Below are positions 37,183 to 46,898 of a DNA stretch of 64,000 nucleotides, in pieces; the stretch's first letter is position 1; each line of letters begins with the position of its first letter. The notes under the pieces were generated by a model that made no database searches, was not told the DNA's origin, and saw nothing but the letters and a program-made list of their open reading frames with translations. Both the position numbers and the translations under genes were made by a program. Source of the DNA: Candidatus Woesearchaeota archaeon (GTDB taxonomy: Archaea > Nanobdellota > Nanobdellia > Woesearchaeales > UBA11576); the NCBI GenBank assembly GCA_043819495.1, contig JBDRET010000047.1, positions 20,065 through 84,064 on the forward strand, written 5' to 3'.

Positions 37183-38150
37183 TGACAGATAGGATGATGC
37201 TTGGCAAGAAAGGTATCTTCTTCACCCTCATAGCTGTAAGTCTGCTTTCTATCATACTCTTCAGCTATTCAGTTATGTATTCTTATTCACTTCAGGATAA
37301 GGCTGCGGTCATCGAGACCCGTGTCGAGACCATGAACAGTTTCATGAGAGCGATAGATGAGGACATGGAGAATGCGATATACATCTCAGGATACAGGTCT
37401 ATAGTGGGTCTTACTGACTACGTCGTTACGTATGGTGATTATGTCAATGATTCAACTACTGCTCTTTCAGAGCTTTTCCTTAATGGTACTATCAATGGCA
37501 CTACATCTTCATTCATGGTGAACAACACCATGCTATATTGGGCTGACAGGATAAAGGATAAAGGCATAGAGGTAGGGATAAACCTCTCGATAGCTATAGG
37601 TTCTGTGAGCATATATCAGAAAGATCCATGGGAAGTCAGCTTTGATGTTGATGCTGAGATAAACATGACTGACCAGAAGGCCACTGCAAATTGGTCAAAG
37701 CAGGCATCATTGTCGTATGACATCCCAATTCTGGGTTTTGAGGATCCATGGTATGCTGTGAACACGAATGGCTTGATACTCAAGCGGATCAATGAGAGCA
37801 TATATGATTTGAATTTCAGCCAGGGGAATGAGACAGGTAATTTCCTTGACCATGTCGCAAATACATATTACATCGCATTCAATGCTTCACCTGATTTCCT
37901 GTCAAGGTTCGAGAATGATTTCACTCCGAGCACGTATGGTATAGAGAGCATAGTCAATAAGTCTGAGATACTGAACTTCTGCACATTGAGCACGAGCTCT
38001 GTCGACAATATCTGTTGGAAGCAGGATATAGGTATAGAGACGTTCAGCATAAGGAACATGAGCGGCACTGACGTCCGTATAGATAATGAGACCAATGATG
38101 CAGGTCAGAACAGGATAGCAAGATATGGTCTGCAGGATGTGGTGTACTAG
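37173..38150 (+). CDS. Pilin-like protein (class III signal peptide)
   Basis: 325 aa. GKKGIFFTLIAVSLLSIILF. 10-nt overlap with the upstream gene. Confidence 0.6.
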   Translation: MGLMTDRMMLGKKGIFFTLIAVSLLSIILFSYSVMYSYSLQDKAAVIETRVETMNSFMRAIDEDMENAIYISGYRSIVGLTDYVVTYGDYVNDSTTALSELFLNGTINGTTSSFMVNNTMLYWADRIKDKGIEVGINLSIAIGSVSIYQKDPWEVSFDVDAEINMTDQKATANWSKQASLSYDIPILGFEDPWYAVNTNGLILKRINESIYDLNFSQGNETGNFLDHVANTYYIAFNASPDFLSRFENDFTPSTYGIESIVNKSEILNFCTLSTSSVDNICWKQDIGIETFSIRNMSGTDVRIDNETNDAGQNRIARYGLQDVVY

Positions 38151-38213
38151 GAAAGTGTGTGATGGCATATTATGTGTTAGAAGATGGCGTGTTACAAGAT
38201 GGTGTGTTAGAAG

Positions 38214-38699
38214 ATGATGAGAATATTCAGGAAGGATAGGCGGAAAGCGCAGTCAGCCCTTGAGTACATACATACTTATGGTTGGGTCATAATCACAGTC
38301 ATGATATTAGGGGGTGTGCTGATGTACTACAATGTCTCGAACACCCGCATTTTCCTGCCTATGGAGTGTTCTTTCCTGGCAGGCATCCGTTGTATGGATG
38401 CGAATGTGGAAGAGACTCTGGTCTCTCTTGTTGTCCTCAATGAGTTCGGGTTTGCTCTTAGCAACATATCTGTGAACCTGACAGGCACCTGCAATAGTGA
38501 GGCGAACACTACTGATGGGAACATATATGGAAATCTTAATGTCATGCTTACTAATCAGCAGGCAACATATGTTTTTGATTGCCAGAACCTGAGCAATATG
38601 GAGATATCAGAACTGGTGAATATAGATTACGTGAATGTAGAGACTGGAGAATCTCACATCAAAGTGGGTAAGCTTGAATTTTCACCCACCGGCACATGA
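38214..38699 (+). CDS. Pilin (class III signal peptide, QSALEY...YGW type)
   Basis: 161 aa. RRKAQSALEYIHTYGWVIITVMILGGVLMY. Confidence 0.7.
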   Translation: MMRIFRKDRRKAQSALEYIHTYGWVIITVMILGGVLMYYNVSNTRIFLPMECSFLAGIRCMDANVEETLVSLVVLNEFGFALSNISVNLTGTCNSEANTTDGNIYGNLNVMLTNQQATYVFDCQNLSNMEISELVNIDYVNVETGESHIKVGKLEFSPTGT

Positions 38700-38817
38700 G
38701 GCCGAAAAAAGCTTTTCATTGTATTTTAAGCGTTTTTTTAGCGTACTGGGCCGGAAAAACTTACCAAAACCTTTTTAAAGCACGCAGTATTGGTTTATTT
38801 AAAAAAGTGGTGGAGTA

Positions 38818-39993
38818 ATGGCGGGAAAAAAGAGTGTTATTGAGACAGGAGTAGATAAATTAGTTACTCTTGTGAATGACCGCGAAAAGATTTCTGTAAA
38901 GGATGCTGCAAAGGAGCTTGGGGTATCAGTCGCAAGCATAGAGGAATGGTCTGATTTTCTTGAGGAAGAGGGCATAATAAGTGTCCAGACTCACCTGGCT
39001 ACGGTATATATTGTCAGGAAACAGATAGGCAAGAAAGAATTGGCTGAGAAGGTCGCTGCTGTGCGTGATGAGAAAGAGGAGTTCCTTAGGGACGTTGAAA
39101 GCTCTGTGAATGCTATTGAAAGGGATCATGAGGAGATAAAGCTTGTCGATAATGAGTTCCGTAAGATAAAATCATTGATAGAGCATAATTTTGAGGACTT
39201 GAGTGGTAAGCTCAAGAAGCTTGAGGACTTCAGGAAGACGCATAGTGATATTGAGAGCAAGCGTAGGGAGATGGAGTCAGAATACACAAAGAAGATCGGC
39301 AGCCTTGAGGGAAACCTCAAGAAGGATGAGAAAGAGTACAAGCGGGTCATCGATACCATCGAGCAGGAGCTTGAGGAGATGAAGAAGGAGCGTGCCCGTA
39401 TAGAGACTATGAAGGTTTCTGAGAAGGTCATCCAGGATAAGGTCTCTGAGATAAACAGGATGGTCGCAAGTGTGCAGAAGGAGATACAGAAAGAGAATGA
39501 GCAGCTTGATGTTGATGAGGAGCGCCTCAAGAAATCGGAAGGGTACGCAAAGAAGATCCGTGATGATATAGATTCTAATTCAAGGGAGATAGATGATATA
39601 ACCAAGAAGATGCATGCAGCAAGAAAAGAGGTCGAGGAGCTGGAGAAGGATTTCATGAAGGATGTCTCCTTGCTCGGGAAGGGGGATCTGGAGAAGCTTG
39701 GCGTGTATAAGGAAGGTAAGGTTCTGCTAGAGAAGTTCCATAAGTTCTTCTCTCAGACAAAAGAGGTCGAGGAGTTGATAAGGAATGCGGAGCGTTCTGA
39801 AGAGGAGCTCAGTGCTCAGTTCGATAAATTGAGCAAGAAGACGCGTGCTTTCAGTGTTGTCACATCAGTGCCTGAAGTCAAGAAGCAGATCGCTGCACTG
39901 AGGACTGAGTTGCTTGCGATCGAATCGAAGAAGAGCTCATTGTCTTCGAATCTGAAGAAGTTGAGAGGGCTTATGAGGTCTGTGACAAAATGA
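38818..39993 (+). CDS. N-terminal wHTH-like domain plus long coiled-coil protein
   Basis: 391 aa. KISVKDAAKELGVSVASIEEWSDFLEEEGIISV, then about 300 aa of Glu/Lys-rich heptad-like sequence. Lies within the pilus locus. Confidence 0.55.
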   Translation: MAGKKSVIETGVDKLVTLVNDREKISVKDAAKELGVSVASIEEWSDFLEEEGIISVQTHLATVYIVRKQIGKKELAEKVAAVRDEKEEFLRDVESSVNAIERDHEEIKLVDNEFRKIKSLIEHNFEDLSGKLKKLEDFRKTHSDIESKRREMESEYTKKIGSLEGNLKKDEKEYKRVIDTIEQELEEMKKERARIETMKVSEKVIQDKVSEINRMVASVQKEIQKENEQLDVDEERLKKSEGYAKKIRDDIDSNSREIDDITKKMHAARKEVEELEKDFMKDVSLLGKGDLEKLGVYKEGKVLLEKFHKFFSQTKEVEELIRNAERSEEELSAQFDKLSKKTRAFSVVTSVPEVKKQIAALRTELLAIESKKSSLSSNLKKLRGLMRSVTK

Positions 39994-40053
39994 GGATAGC
40001 AGATCATGAGCTAAATGGCAGATCAGGAGTTACATTACTGAAGAGGTCTTAAG

Positions 40054-41730
40054 ATGGTAAGAAAGAATGTGAAGCGTATCAGTATGCATAAAGCAAAGGC
40101 AGGCACAGATGGTAATCCTAAACATAAGATATCATCAGTGAAAAGGACAGCAGGAGCATCAGACTCACCAGACCATGAAGGGAAAGTTATCGAGAGCTAT
40201 CGTTTCATGTCCATGAACATCCCTGTGCAGGTCACAATAGCAAAGACAAAGACTGATTACGTACCAGTATATTCTTTGGATGTTGCTGTTATAAGTCAGA
40301 CGACAAAGATCATCCTTGAACGTATACGTGAAGAGCTCATCAAGGCAGTGAACCTGGGGATTGTTGAGATACGGGATATCAAGAGCCGTGATGCTATCGA
40401 TACTAAGTTCTCTGATACTATACTGAAGTTGGTCACAAGGTATTTTCCTGATGCTTCGACAGAAGAGAAGCAGTTCATGACGACCTACTTGATACAGAGG
40501 AGCCTTGGTATGGGTACTCTTGAGCTTCTGAATGATGATCCTAATCTTGAAGAGATAGTCATCAACAGTGCTGATTCTCCTGTCTGGGTATATCATAAGA
40601 AATATGGTTGGCTCAAGACTAACATCTTCCTGAAGAATGAGGAACAGACAAGGCATTATGCAGTCACGATAGGAAGGAAAGTAGGACGTCAGCTCAGCGT
40701 CCTTGAGCCTCTGCTTGACGCACACCTGGCAGAAGGAGACCGAGTCAATGCTACATTGTATCCTATATCTACAGGAGGTAACACCATAACCATCAGGCGT
40801 TTCTCAAGGGACCCATGGACCATAACAAATTTCCTGGAGTTCAACACCATGAGCACGCAGGCAGCAGCGATGATATGGATGGGTATCCAGTATGAGTTGA
40901 GCGCGATAATAGCAGGAGGCACTGCTTCAGGAAAGACATCTACACTTAACGTTCTCGCTAATTTTTTTCCGCCAAACCAGAGGATATTATCCATAGAGGA
41001 TACCAGGGAGCTCCACCTTCCTAAGTTCCTCCATTGGGTACCTCTTTCTACAAGGCTCCCGAATGTCGAGGGGAAGGGAGAGATCTCCATGAGTGACCTC
41101 CTTATCAACTCATTGAGGATGAGGCCTGATAGGATACTCGTGGGAGAGGTACGACGTCAGAGGGAAGCTGAGACATTGTTCGAGGCTATCCATACTGGCC
41201 ATTCATGTTATGCTACTTTCCACGCGAATGATGCGCATGAGACCATCAACAGGTTCACTAACCCACCTATCGATGTGCCTAAGACGATGATGCCTGCAAT
41301 CTCCATGATAATCATCCAGTTCAGGAACAGGAGGACAGGTATGAGAAGGACGTTCCAGGTCGCAGAGATCCTTCCTGATGCAAGCCCTAATGTGCTGATG
41401 CAGTACGATCCCAAGCGGGATGTGCTGACCAAGAAGAATAAGTCACGTGCATTATACAGCACACTTCAGCTGTTTACTGGAAGTACGCCAAATGAGATAA
41501 ATAAGGAACTGTTGGAAAAAGAGACTGTCCTGAAATATCTTGTCAAGAACCAGATAAAGAGCATAGATGAGGTGGGGCAGTTCATGGCTGAGTATTATAT
41601 CAACAAGGATGAACTGATGAAGTATGTGTATGCAAATAAGAGGTTCTTTCCCGCATCAGCACCAGCAGTTATAGTAAAGCCCAAGTCTCCTGGACCAGGA
41701 GCAGCGTCGGGCAAGGATAAGAAAGAATAG
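40054..41730 (+). CDS. Type II/IV secretion-family assembly ATPase (FlaI/ArlI/PilB/VirB11-like)
   Basis: 558 aa. AGGTASGKTSTLNVL Walker A, RILSIEDTREL, RPDRILVGEVRRQREAE, HTGHSCYATFHAN. Confidence 0.88.
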   Translation: MVRKNVKRISMHKAKAGTDGNPKHKISSVKRTAGASDSPDHEGKVIESYRFMSMNIPVQVTIAKTKTDYVPVYSLDVAVISQTTKIILERIREELIKAVNLGIVEIRDIKSRDAIDTKFSDTILKLVTRYFPDASTEEKQFMTTYLIQRSLGMGTLELLNDDPNLEEIVINSADSPVWVYHKKYGWLKTNIFLKNEEQTRHYAVTIGRKVGRQLSVLEPLLDAHLAEGDRVNATLYPISTGGNTITIRRFSRDPWTITNFLEFNTMSTQAAAMIWMGIQYELSAIIAGGTASGKTSTLNVLANFFPPNQRILSIEDTRELHLPKFLHWVPLSTRLPNVEGKGEISMSDLLINSLRMRPDRILVGEVRRQREAETLFEAIHTGHSCYATFHANDAHETINRFTNPPIDVPKTMMPAISMIIIQFRNRRTGMRRTFQVAEILPDASPNVLMQYDPKRDVLTKKNKSRALYSTLQLFTGSTPNEINKELLEKETVLKYLVKNQIKSIDEVGQFMAEYYINKDELMKYVYANKRFFPASAPAVIVKPKSPGPGAASGKDKKE

Positions 41731-41773
41731 AGAAAGAATAGAGAAAGAATAGAGGAAGAATAGAGGTATACAT

Positions 41774-42598
41774 ATGCGTATGAGTGTGGTGTATAAGAAG
41801 ATTGCCGAGAAGATACCTGAGCTAGGCCTCAAGCTGAAGCAGGCAGGCATGGCTGAGAATGAGGAGATGTTTGTAAAGAAGACAGTCTTTTCATCATTCT
41901 ACCTCACTACAGGTATAATGATGGCTGTTGCCATGCTATTATCTAAGTTAGAGACTAACCTTGGATTCCTTCTGTTGGTATTCCCCGCTATGTTCCTGCT
42001 GATGTTCATGTATTTCATAAAGTTCCCTGATGTAAAGATATTGAGGATACAGAAAGAGATAGAGCGCGAGATCGTCTTTGCAGGAAGATTTCTCATAGTA
42101 GAGCTTGAGTCAGGGATACCAGTGTATGATTCTTTCAAGCACGTGGCCCGCAATTATGATTATGTAGGGAGATATTTCAGGAACATCGTAGAGGATATAG
42201 ACCTTGGTACTCCTATGGATGAGGCATTGAACCGGGCGATAGAGCTTGTCCCTTCCCAGAGTTTCAGGAGGATAATGTGGCAGATAATAAACTCACTCAC
42301 TACAGGTTCTGATGTCGCGACAGCGCTTGATACTGTTGTTGAGCAGGTAGTGCGTGAGCAGAGGATAGCGCTCAATGAGTACGGTAGGAAACTTAATCCT
42401 CTTGCCATGTTCTACATGATAATCGCAGTGATATTGCCATCTATAGGGATAACAATGTTTGTAGTGTTGGTCTCTTTCCTATCTATAAGCCTCAGTCTGT
42501 CTACTCTTATCATGATAGCTTGCCTTATGGGTTTCATCCAGTTCCTGTTCTATACTGTCGTTAAAGGTTCCAGGCCAGCGAGCCAGTTTGAGGATTGA
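41774..42598 (+). CDS. Pilus platform membrane protein, FlaJ/TadB/TadC-like (single T2SS-F-like domain)
   Basis: 274 aa, polytopic. Immediately downstream of the ATPase. Confidence 0.6.
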   Translation: MRMSVVYKKIAEKIPELGLKLKQAGMAENEEMFVKKTVFSSFYLTTGIMMAVAMLLSKLETNLGFLLLVFPAMFLLMFMYFIKFPDVKILRIQKEIEREIVFAGRFLIVELESGIPVYDSFKHVARNYDYVGRYFRNIVEDIDLGTPMDEALNRAIELVPSQSFRRIMWQIINSLTTGSDVATALDTVVEQVVREQRIALNEYGRKLNPLAMFYMIIAVILPSIGITMFVVLVSFLSISLSLSTLIMIACLMGFIQFLFYTVVKGSRPASQFED

Positions 42599-43704
42599 TC
42601 ATGAAGAAGGATACACCTGATGTGCAGGACGCGCTCCTTGCAGAGCTTGAGAAGCGCGCCAGGGAGAAGCATTCGTTCAAGGGAAGGATGCATTCCTGGC
42701 GGGAGTACCGGAGGGACTGTCACCTGCGTCGTAAGATGGCCCTGAAGGAGCAGCTGAGCAAGGCAGGCATGACTGTACGGGATGAGCGCATCTCACGTAT
42801 ACTATTGATACTTTGCTTTGTCATCAATATACTCGCTACAATATTTCTTATCAGGAGGTTTGCGTCTGATATAGCGGATAATTATGTGTTTCTCCTGATA
42901 CTTCTGGTCACGATATGGAGTCTCTTATTCATAGTGATCCTTGCAGTGACCTGGTTGTTGTTCTATCTGAGCCTGGATCTTGCGATATTCCAGAGGAAGA
43001 TGAAGCTGGAGGAGGTCCTGCCTGATTTCCTGCAGCTCACGAGCAGCAATATACGTGCAGGCATGACGATCGATCAGGCATTATGGTTTGCGGTAAGGCC
43101 CAGGTTCGGCGTTCTTGCAAAAGAGATCCAGGATGTGGCAAAGAGGACTTTTGCTGGAGAGTCTCTTGATCAGGCATTGGAGCGCTTTGTCAATAATTAT
43201 GATTCTAAGGTGCTGAAACGTTCGATAAATCTCTTGATTGAAGGTCTTAATGCTGGTGGTGAGCTCGGCTCTCTGTTGAACAAGATCTCTGAGAACATCC
43301 AGGAGACTACGCTCATGAAGAAGGAGATGGCAGCAAACGTGACGTCTTATGTCATCTTCATAACATTTGCGACAATATTTGCAGCACCGTTCCTTTTTGG
43401 GATGGCGGTCCAGCTCATCCAGGTCATCCAGGAGGTTTTCTCAAGAGTTGATATAAATCCTGGAGCTGCATCGAGTTTTCCTATAACATTGTCCTCAGGT
43501 GTAATATCTATACATGACTTCATGATATTCGCAGTCGTCTCTTTGATCATAACATCGTTCTTCTCTGCAATAATAGTATCTGTGATAAAGAAGGGCAATG
43601 TCAAGAGTGGTGTGAAATACATCCCTATGTTTGCGATAAGTTCAGTATTGCTGTTCTTCCTTGTGGTCAAGCTGTTCAGTTCTATGCTCGGAGGTTTCTT
43701 CTGA
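42595..43704 (+). CDS. Second FlaJ/TadC-like platform membrane protein
   Basis: 369 aa, polytopic. SSNIRAGMTIDQALWFA and LIEGLNAGGELGSLL resemble T2SS-F motifs. 4-nt overlap with the upstream gene. Confidence 0.6.
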   Translation: MIMKKDTPDVQDALLAELEKRAREKHSFKGRMHSWREYRRDCHLRRKMALKEQLSKAGMTVRDERISRILLILCFVINILATIFLIRRFASDIADNYVFLLILLVTIWSLLFIVILAVTWLLFYLSLDLAIFQRKMKLEEVLPDFLQLTSSNIRAGMTIDQALWFAVRPRFGVLAKEIQDVAKRTFAGESLDQALERFVNNYDSKVLKRSINLLIEGLNAGGELGSLLNKISENIQETTLMKKEMAANVTSYVIFITFATIFAAPFLFGMAVQLIQVIQEVFSRVDINPGAASSFPITLSSGVISIHDFMIFAVVSLIITSFFSAIIVSVIKKGNVKSGVKYIPMFAISSVLLFFLVVKLFSSMLGGFF

Positions 43705-44174
43705 TGGTATCTTCAATATTCAGGAAAGCCAAGTGTGTGGATAAACGTGCGCAGTCAGCGATGGAGTTCCTGATGACGTATGGCTGGGCTATCCTGGTAG
43801 TCCTTGCGGCTATAGGTGCTTTGGCATATTTTGGTGTGCTCAGCCCTGCCAAGTTCTTTCCTGAGTCCTGCACTCTTTCATCTACGTCTGGTGTGGGCTG
43901 TATGGATTTCAAGCTGACTGAGACAACAGGGCACTTCCTTCTGGTCAATGGGGGTGGCAGGGACATAATAGTTAACAACATGACTGTAGGGCCATGTTCT
44001 ACATCATTTGACCGGAATTTTCCGGATGGTCAGTCATACCTATTCAATCTGACAGGTTGTTCTTTTGCAGCCAAAGGAAGCAATGTCAAGTATGACATGA
44101 CTATATCATATACTGCAATCATTTCAGGGTTCAGTAAAAGCGCTTCAGGTTCTGTGACTGCAGTCATAGGATGA
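43704..44174 (+). CDS. Pilin (class III signal peptide), paralog 1
   Basis: 156 aa. DKRAQSAMEFLMTYGWAILVVLAAIGALAYFGVLSP. Confidence 0.75.
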   Translation: MVSSIFRKAKCVDKRAQSAMEFLMTYGWAILVVLAAIGALAYFGVLSPAKFFPESCTLSSTSGVGCMDFKLTETTGHFLLVNGGGRDIIVNNMTVGPCSTSFDRNFPDGQSYLFNLTGCSFAAKGSNVKYDMTISYTAIISGFSKSASGSVTAVIG

Positions 44175-44361
44175 TCCTGATGCTTGACTGGGATATTTGA
44201 CCGGGATGTTTGGTTTGGATGCTTGAATAGGTCACATATTTCTGGACTTTAAGGGACATCAAATTCCGTAAGATTTATAAAGGATAGTTCATAGTGGTCT
44301 GTCTAAAGTGTTTTAAAGCGGTTTATAATAAAAACCCAAAGAGATAAAGAGGTGATTTAGC

Positions 44362-44817
44362 GTGTTTAGGAAGAGGAAAGCTCAAGCAGCTATGGAGTTC
44401 TTAATGACTTATGGTTGGGCTATCCTGGTAGTCCTTGCGGCTATAGGCGCTTTGGCATATTTTGGTGTATTGAGCCCTGATAGGTTCTTGCCTGAAAAAT
44501 GTACATTGCCGTCTGGTGTTGCATGTCTGGACTTCACAGGAACAGCAGACTCAGTCACACTGGTAATTCAGAACAGTGCAGGGTTCGACATGAACACAGT
44601 CAGTGTCTATGTCAACTCAACAACAGACAACTTTGCCTGTACAGATGCAGGTGCTGACGGAACATTGACTGACGGTGAGAAAGACACCTTCACATGTACT
44701 CCGTCACCAGCATTGACATCAGGCAAGTTCAAGGGAGCATTGGTCATCGATTATGTGAATGCTCAGACAACCTTGGCACACAGCAAGGCTGGAGAGATAA
44801 TCCTTAAGATACCATAG
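44362..44817 (+). CDS. Pilin (class III signal peptide), paralog 2
   Basis: 151 aa. GTG start 7 nt after AGAGGTGAT. RKAQAAMEFLMTYGWAILVVLAAIGALAYFGVLSP. Confidence 0.75.
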   Translation: MFRKRKAQAAMEFLMTYGWAILVVLAAIGALAYFGVLSPDRFLPEKCTLPSGVACLDFTGTADSVTLVIQNSAGFDMNTVSVYVNSTTDNFACTDAGADGTLTDGEKDTFTCTPSPALTSGKFKGALVIDYVNAQTTLAHSKAGEIILKIP

Positions 44818-44931
44818 ATCGGTATCATTTTAATTTTTTTTAATTTATTTTTGACTCATTCTTTACTCTCATTCCTGTCATTGAAAAGCTATAAATACCT
44901 CTGTCTGTACCCCTGTCCTATTCTATGAATA

Positions 44932-45255
44932 ATGATGAAAGAAGGTGATATCATGGAAAATGTCAAATTTATAGGCCTGAGTGATCTTGATGATGTTGAC
45001 AAGAATATGGTCCAGACAGTGGTTGATGAGTATTATGGGAAGATCAAGCGTGAGCTCAATAACGAGACTTCTCTTGTGATACATATCAAGACTTCCACAA
45101 AGGGAGGACATAGGCAGAGATATGATGTCTCTGCAAGAGCGGTCGCTCCTACGCGTATATTTGAGTCATCTGATGAGGGCTGGGATCTTGCGGCTTCATT
45201 GCATACAGTGTGCAAGAAAATAATCACTGAGATCAACCACGCATTCCATGATTAG
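44932..45255 (+). CDS. HPF/RaiA (S30AE)-like ribosome-associated protein, tentative
   Basis: 107 aa. The pattern VKFIGLSDLDDVDKNMVQTVVDEYYGKIKR...LVIHIK...YDVSARAV...IFESSDEGWDLAASLHTVCKKIITEI parallels YfiA/HPF (beta-alpha-beta-beta-beta-alpha). Confidence 0.4.
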   Translation: MMKEGDIMENVKFIGLSDLDDVDKNMVQTVVDEYYGKIKRELNNETSLVIHIKTSTKGGHRQRYDVSARAVAPTRIFESSDEGWDLAASLHTVCKKIITEINHAFHD

Positions 45256-46053
45256 GTGAGATGTATGCGCCAATCTATCTTTTTTCTTTTTTGTTCTATC
45301 TCTTTTATTGTATCTATATGTATTATGACGGGTGTTTATGCTGTTGATGTTGACAGTTATTTCACCATCAAGGATAACACAGGACCTTATTCTACATTGC
45401 CTGGTGAGGATATCATTGTGTCATTCACCTTGGTGAATTATGAATTGGTGACTCCAAGAAGCGTTGATGTCACTTTTGACCCCTGCCCGTATGGCTGGGA
45501 TTGCGAGTCAAAGACTTTCTCTTTTGATACTGCTGGCACTCATGAGGTCAATCTTACTCTTGGTGTGTACAGGACTGCCCGGCCTGCAAAGTATACATTC
45601 AATCTTGTATTGGAGAGCGAGTATGCTACAAGGAGAGGGTATGATCGTTTCATCGTGACTGTCCTTTCTGAGAAAGAGGTCAATACATTATCCGTGTCAG
45701 AGTATCTTGCACGCCAGGAAGCAGCAAAAAATCCTGTTGAGGATGGACCTGGATATGTTCCTCCTCCCAAACCTACTGTCCTTATTGTAGGAGGAGATGA
45801 TGTAGGGGTAGATGAAGCATCAGGAGATGTGGACTCTGAGCCGGCAGCTGAAGGTAATTTTGCAGCAGAGCTTGTGAGCGAGCTCCCTCTGGCTGATGAG
45901 GCTTCAGAGATAATAGAGAATGTCGGACGCCTTGAGTCTAGCAGCCAGTTTGTGGAATACGCTTCTTTCGTACTTGCAGCAGTGCTGATGTTTCTGGTGG
46001 TCGGTGCTTACGTAGCATTCAGACCTAAGAAAGAAGAAGAAAAAAATAAATGA
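45256..46053 (+). CDS. Secreted protein with N-terminal signal and C-terminal TM anchor
   Basis: 265 aa. Hydrophobic N-terminus, acidic linker, C-terminal FVLAAVLMFLVVGAYVAF followed by RPKKEEEKNK. Confidence 0.55.
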   Translation: MRCMRQSIFFLFCSISFIVSICIMTGVYAVDVDSYFTIKDNTGPYSTLPGEDIIVSFTLVNYELVTPRSVDVTFDPCPYGWDCESKTFSFDTAGTHEVNLTLGVYRTARPAKYTFNLVLESEYATRRGYDRFIVTVLSEKEVNTLSVSEYLARQEAAKNPVEDGPGYVPPPKPTVLIVGGDDVGVDEASGDVDSEPAAEGNFAAELVSELPLADEASEIIENVGRLESSSQFVEYASFVLAAVLMFLVVGAYVAFRPKKEEEKNK

Positions 46054-46060
46054 TTATTTT

Positions 46061-46816
46061 CTATCTGTATTCTGGAAGCCCGTAGGTGAATATCTCCATG
46101 CTTTCCATATAATCTGTTGGGACTACGTTGAACTCAAGCTTTCCAAGATCGACTCTTGGTGATGAAAGCCGGTTGTACATGCTCAGCGTAACTGACCTTG
46201 ACTTGTTTATCAGGTCAAACTTTATTCCCAGGTTCTGTTTCACTACAAGTTTCTCTCCAGGCTTCAGTGCATCGAACTTGAACTCTTTGAGTGCGGTGCT
46301 TGTCGCCTCTTCAATCCTAGCATTCTCGAAGATCATCTCAACAGTCGGTGTTATGGTTGTCTTGCCAGGATTCCTGATGGTTATTATCATGTACTCGAAC
46401 ATTCCCCTGTCTCTTGAGTTCCTGTATGCGAGCATCTTATTGACTTCTAGGTATGTCCTTGGCTCGCCGAGTATCATGTCCTGTTTACCGAAGACATATT
46501 TAAGTTTGGTATCTTCTGCAGGTGCTTCAACAGCAACTTCTGTCTCTTTCACTTCTTGAGCAGGTTCATCAGCAAGTTCTTCTTCAGGTGCTGCTTGCAT
46601 CTCGACAGTCTCTTCTGTTTCAGCTGACTGCTCTTCATAGTCGCAGACAGAATTATCATCTTCATCCAGACAGCATGCCTTGCCGATTATCTTGCTTGGC
46701 GGATAGCATGTCGGTGCAGCACATCCTGCTATGAGCAGGACAAGAATTGCAATCATTGTGCAGATCGTATTTCTCATATTCATATTTCTCACCCTATCTT
46801 CACCCAATCTCCCCAA
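46061..46816 (-). CDS. Putative lipoprotein/secreted protein
   Basis: 251 aa. LLIAGCAAP lipobox-like motif and an acidic linker. Confidence 0.55.
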   Translation of the reverse strand: MGRLGEDRVRNMNMRNTICTMIAILVLLIAGCAAPTCYPPSKIIGKACCLDEDDNSVCDYEEQSAETEETVEMQAAPEEELADEPAQEVKETEVAVEAPAEDTKLKYVFGKQDMILGEPRTYLEVNKMLAYRNSRDRGMFEYMIITIRNPGKTTITPTVEMIFENARIEEATSTALKEFKFDALKPGEKLVVKQNLGIKFDLINKSRSVTLSMYNRLSSPRVDLGKLEFNVVPTDYMESMEIFTYGLPEYR

Positions 46817-46898
46817 AGAATGCTCTGTATTGTGGGCATAAGGGCTCTATTTATAGTTTTGTGTTATGGTGCTGGATATGACTGGTTGAAAAGAAAGG

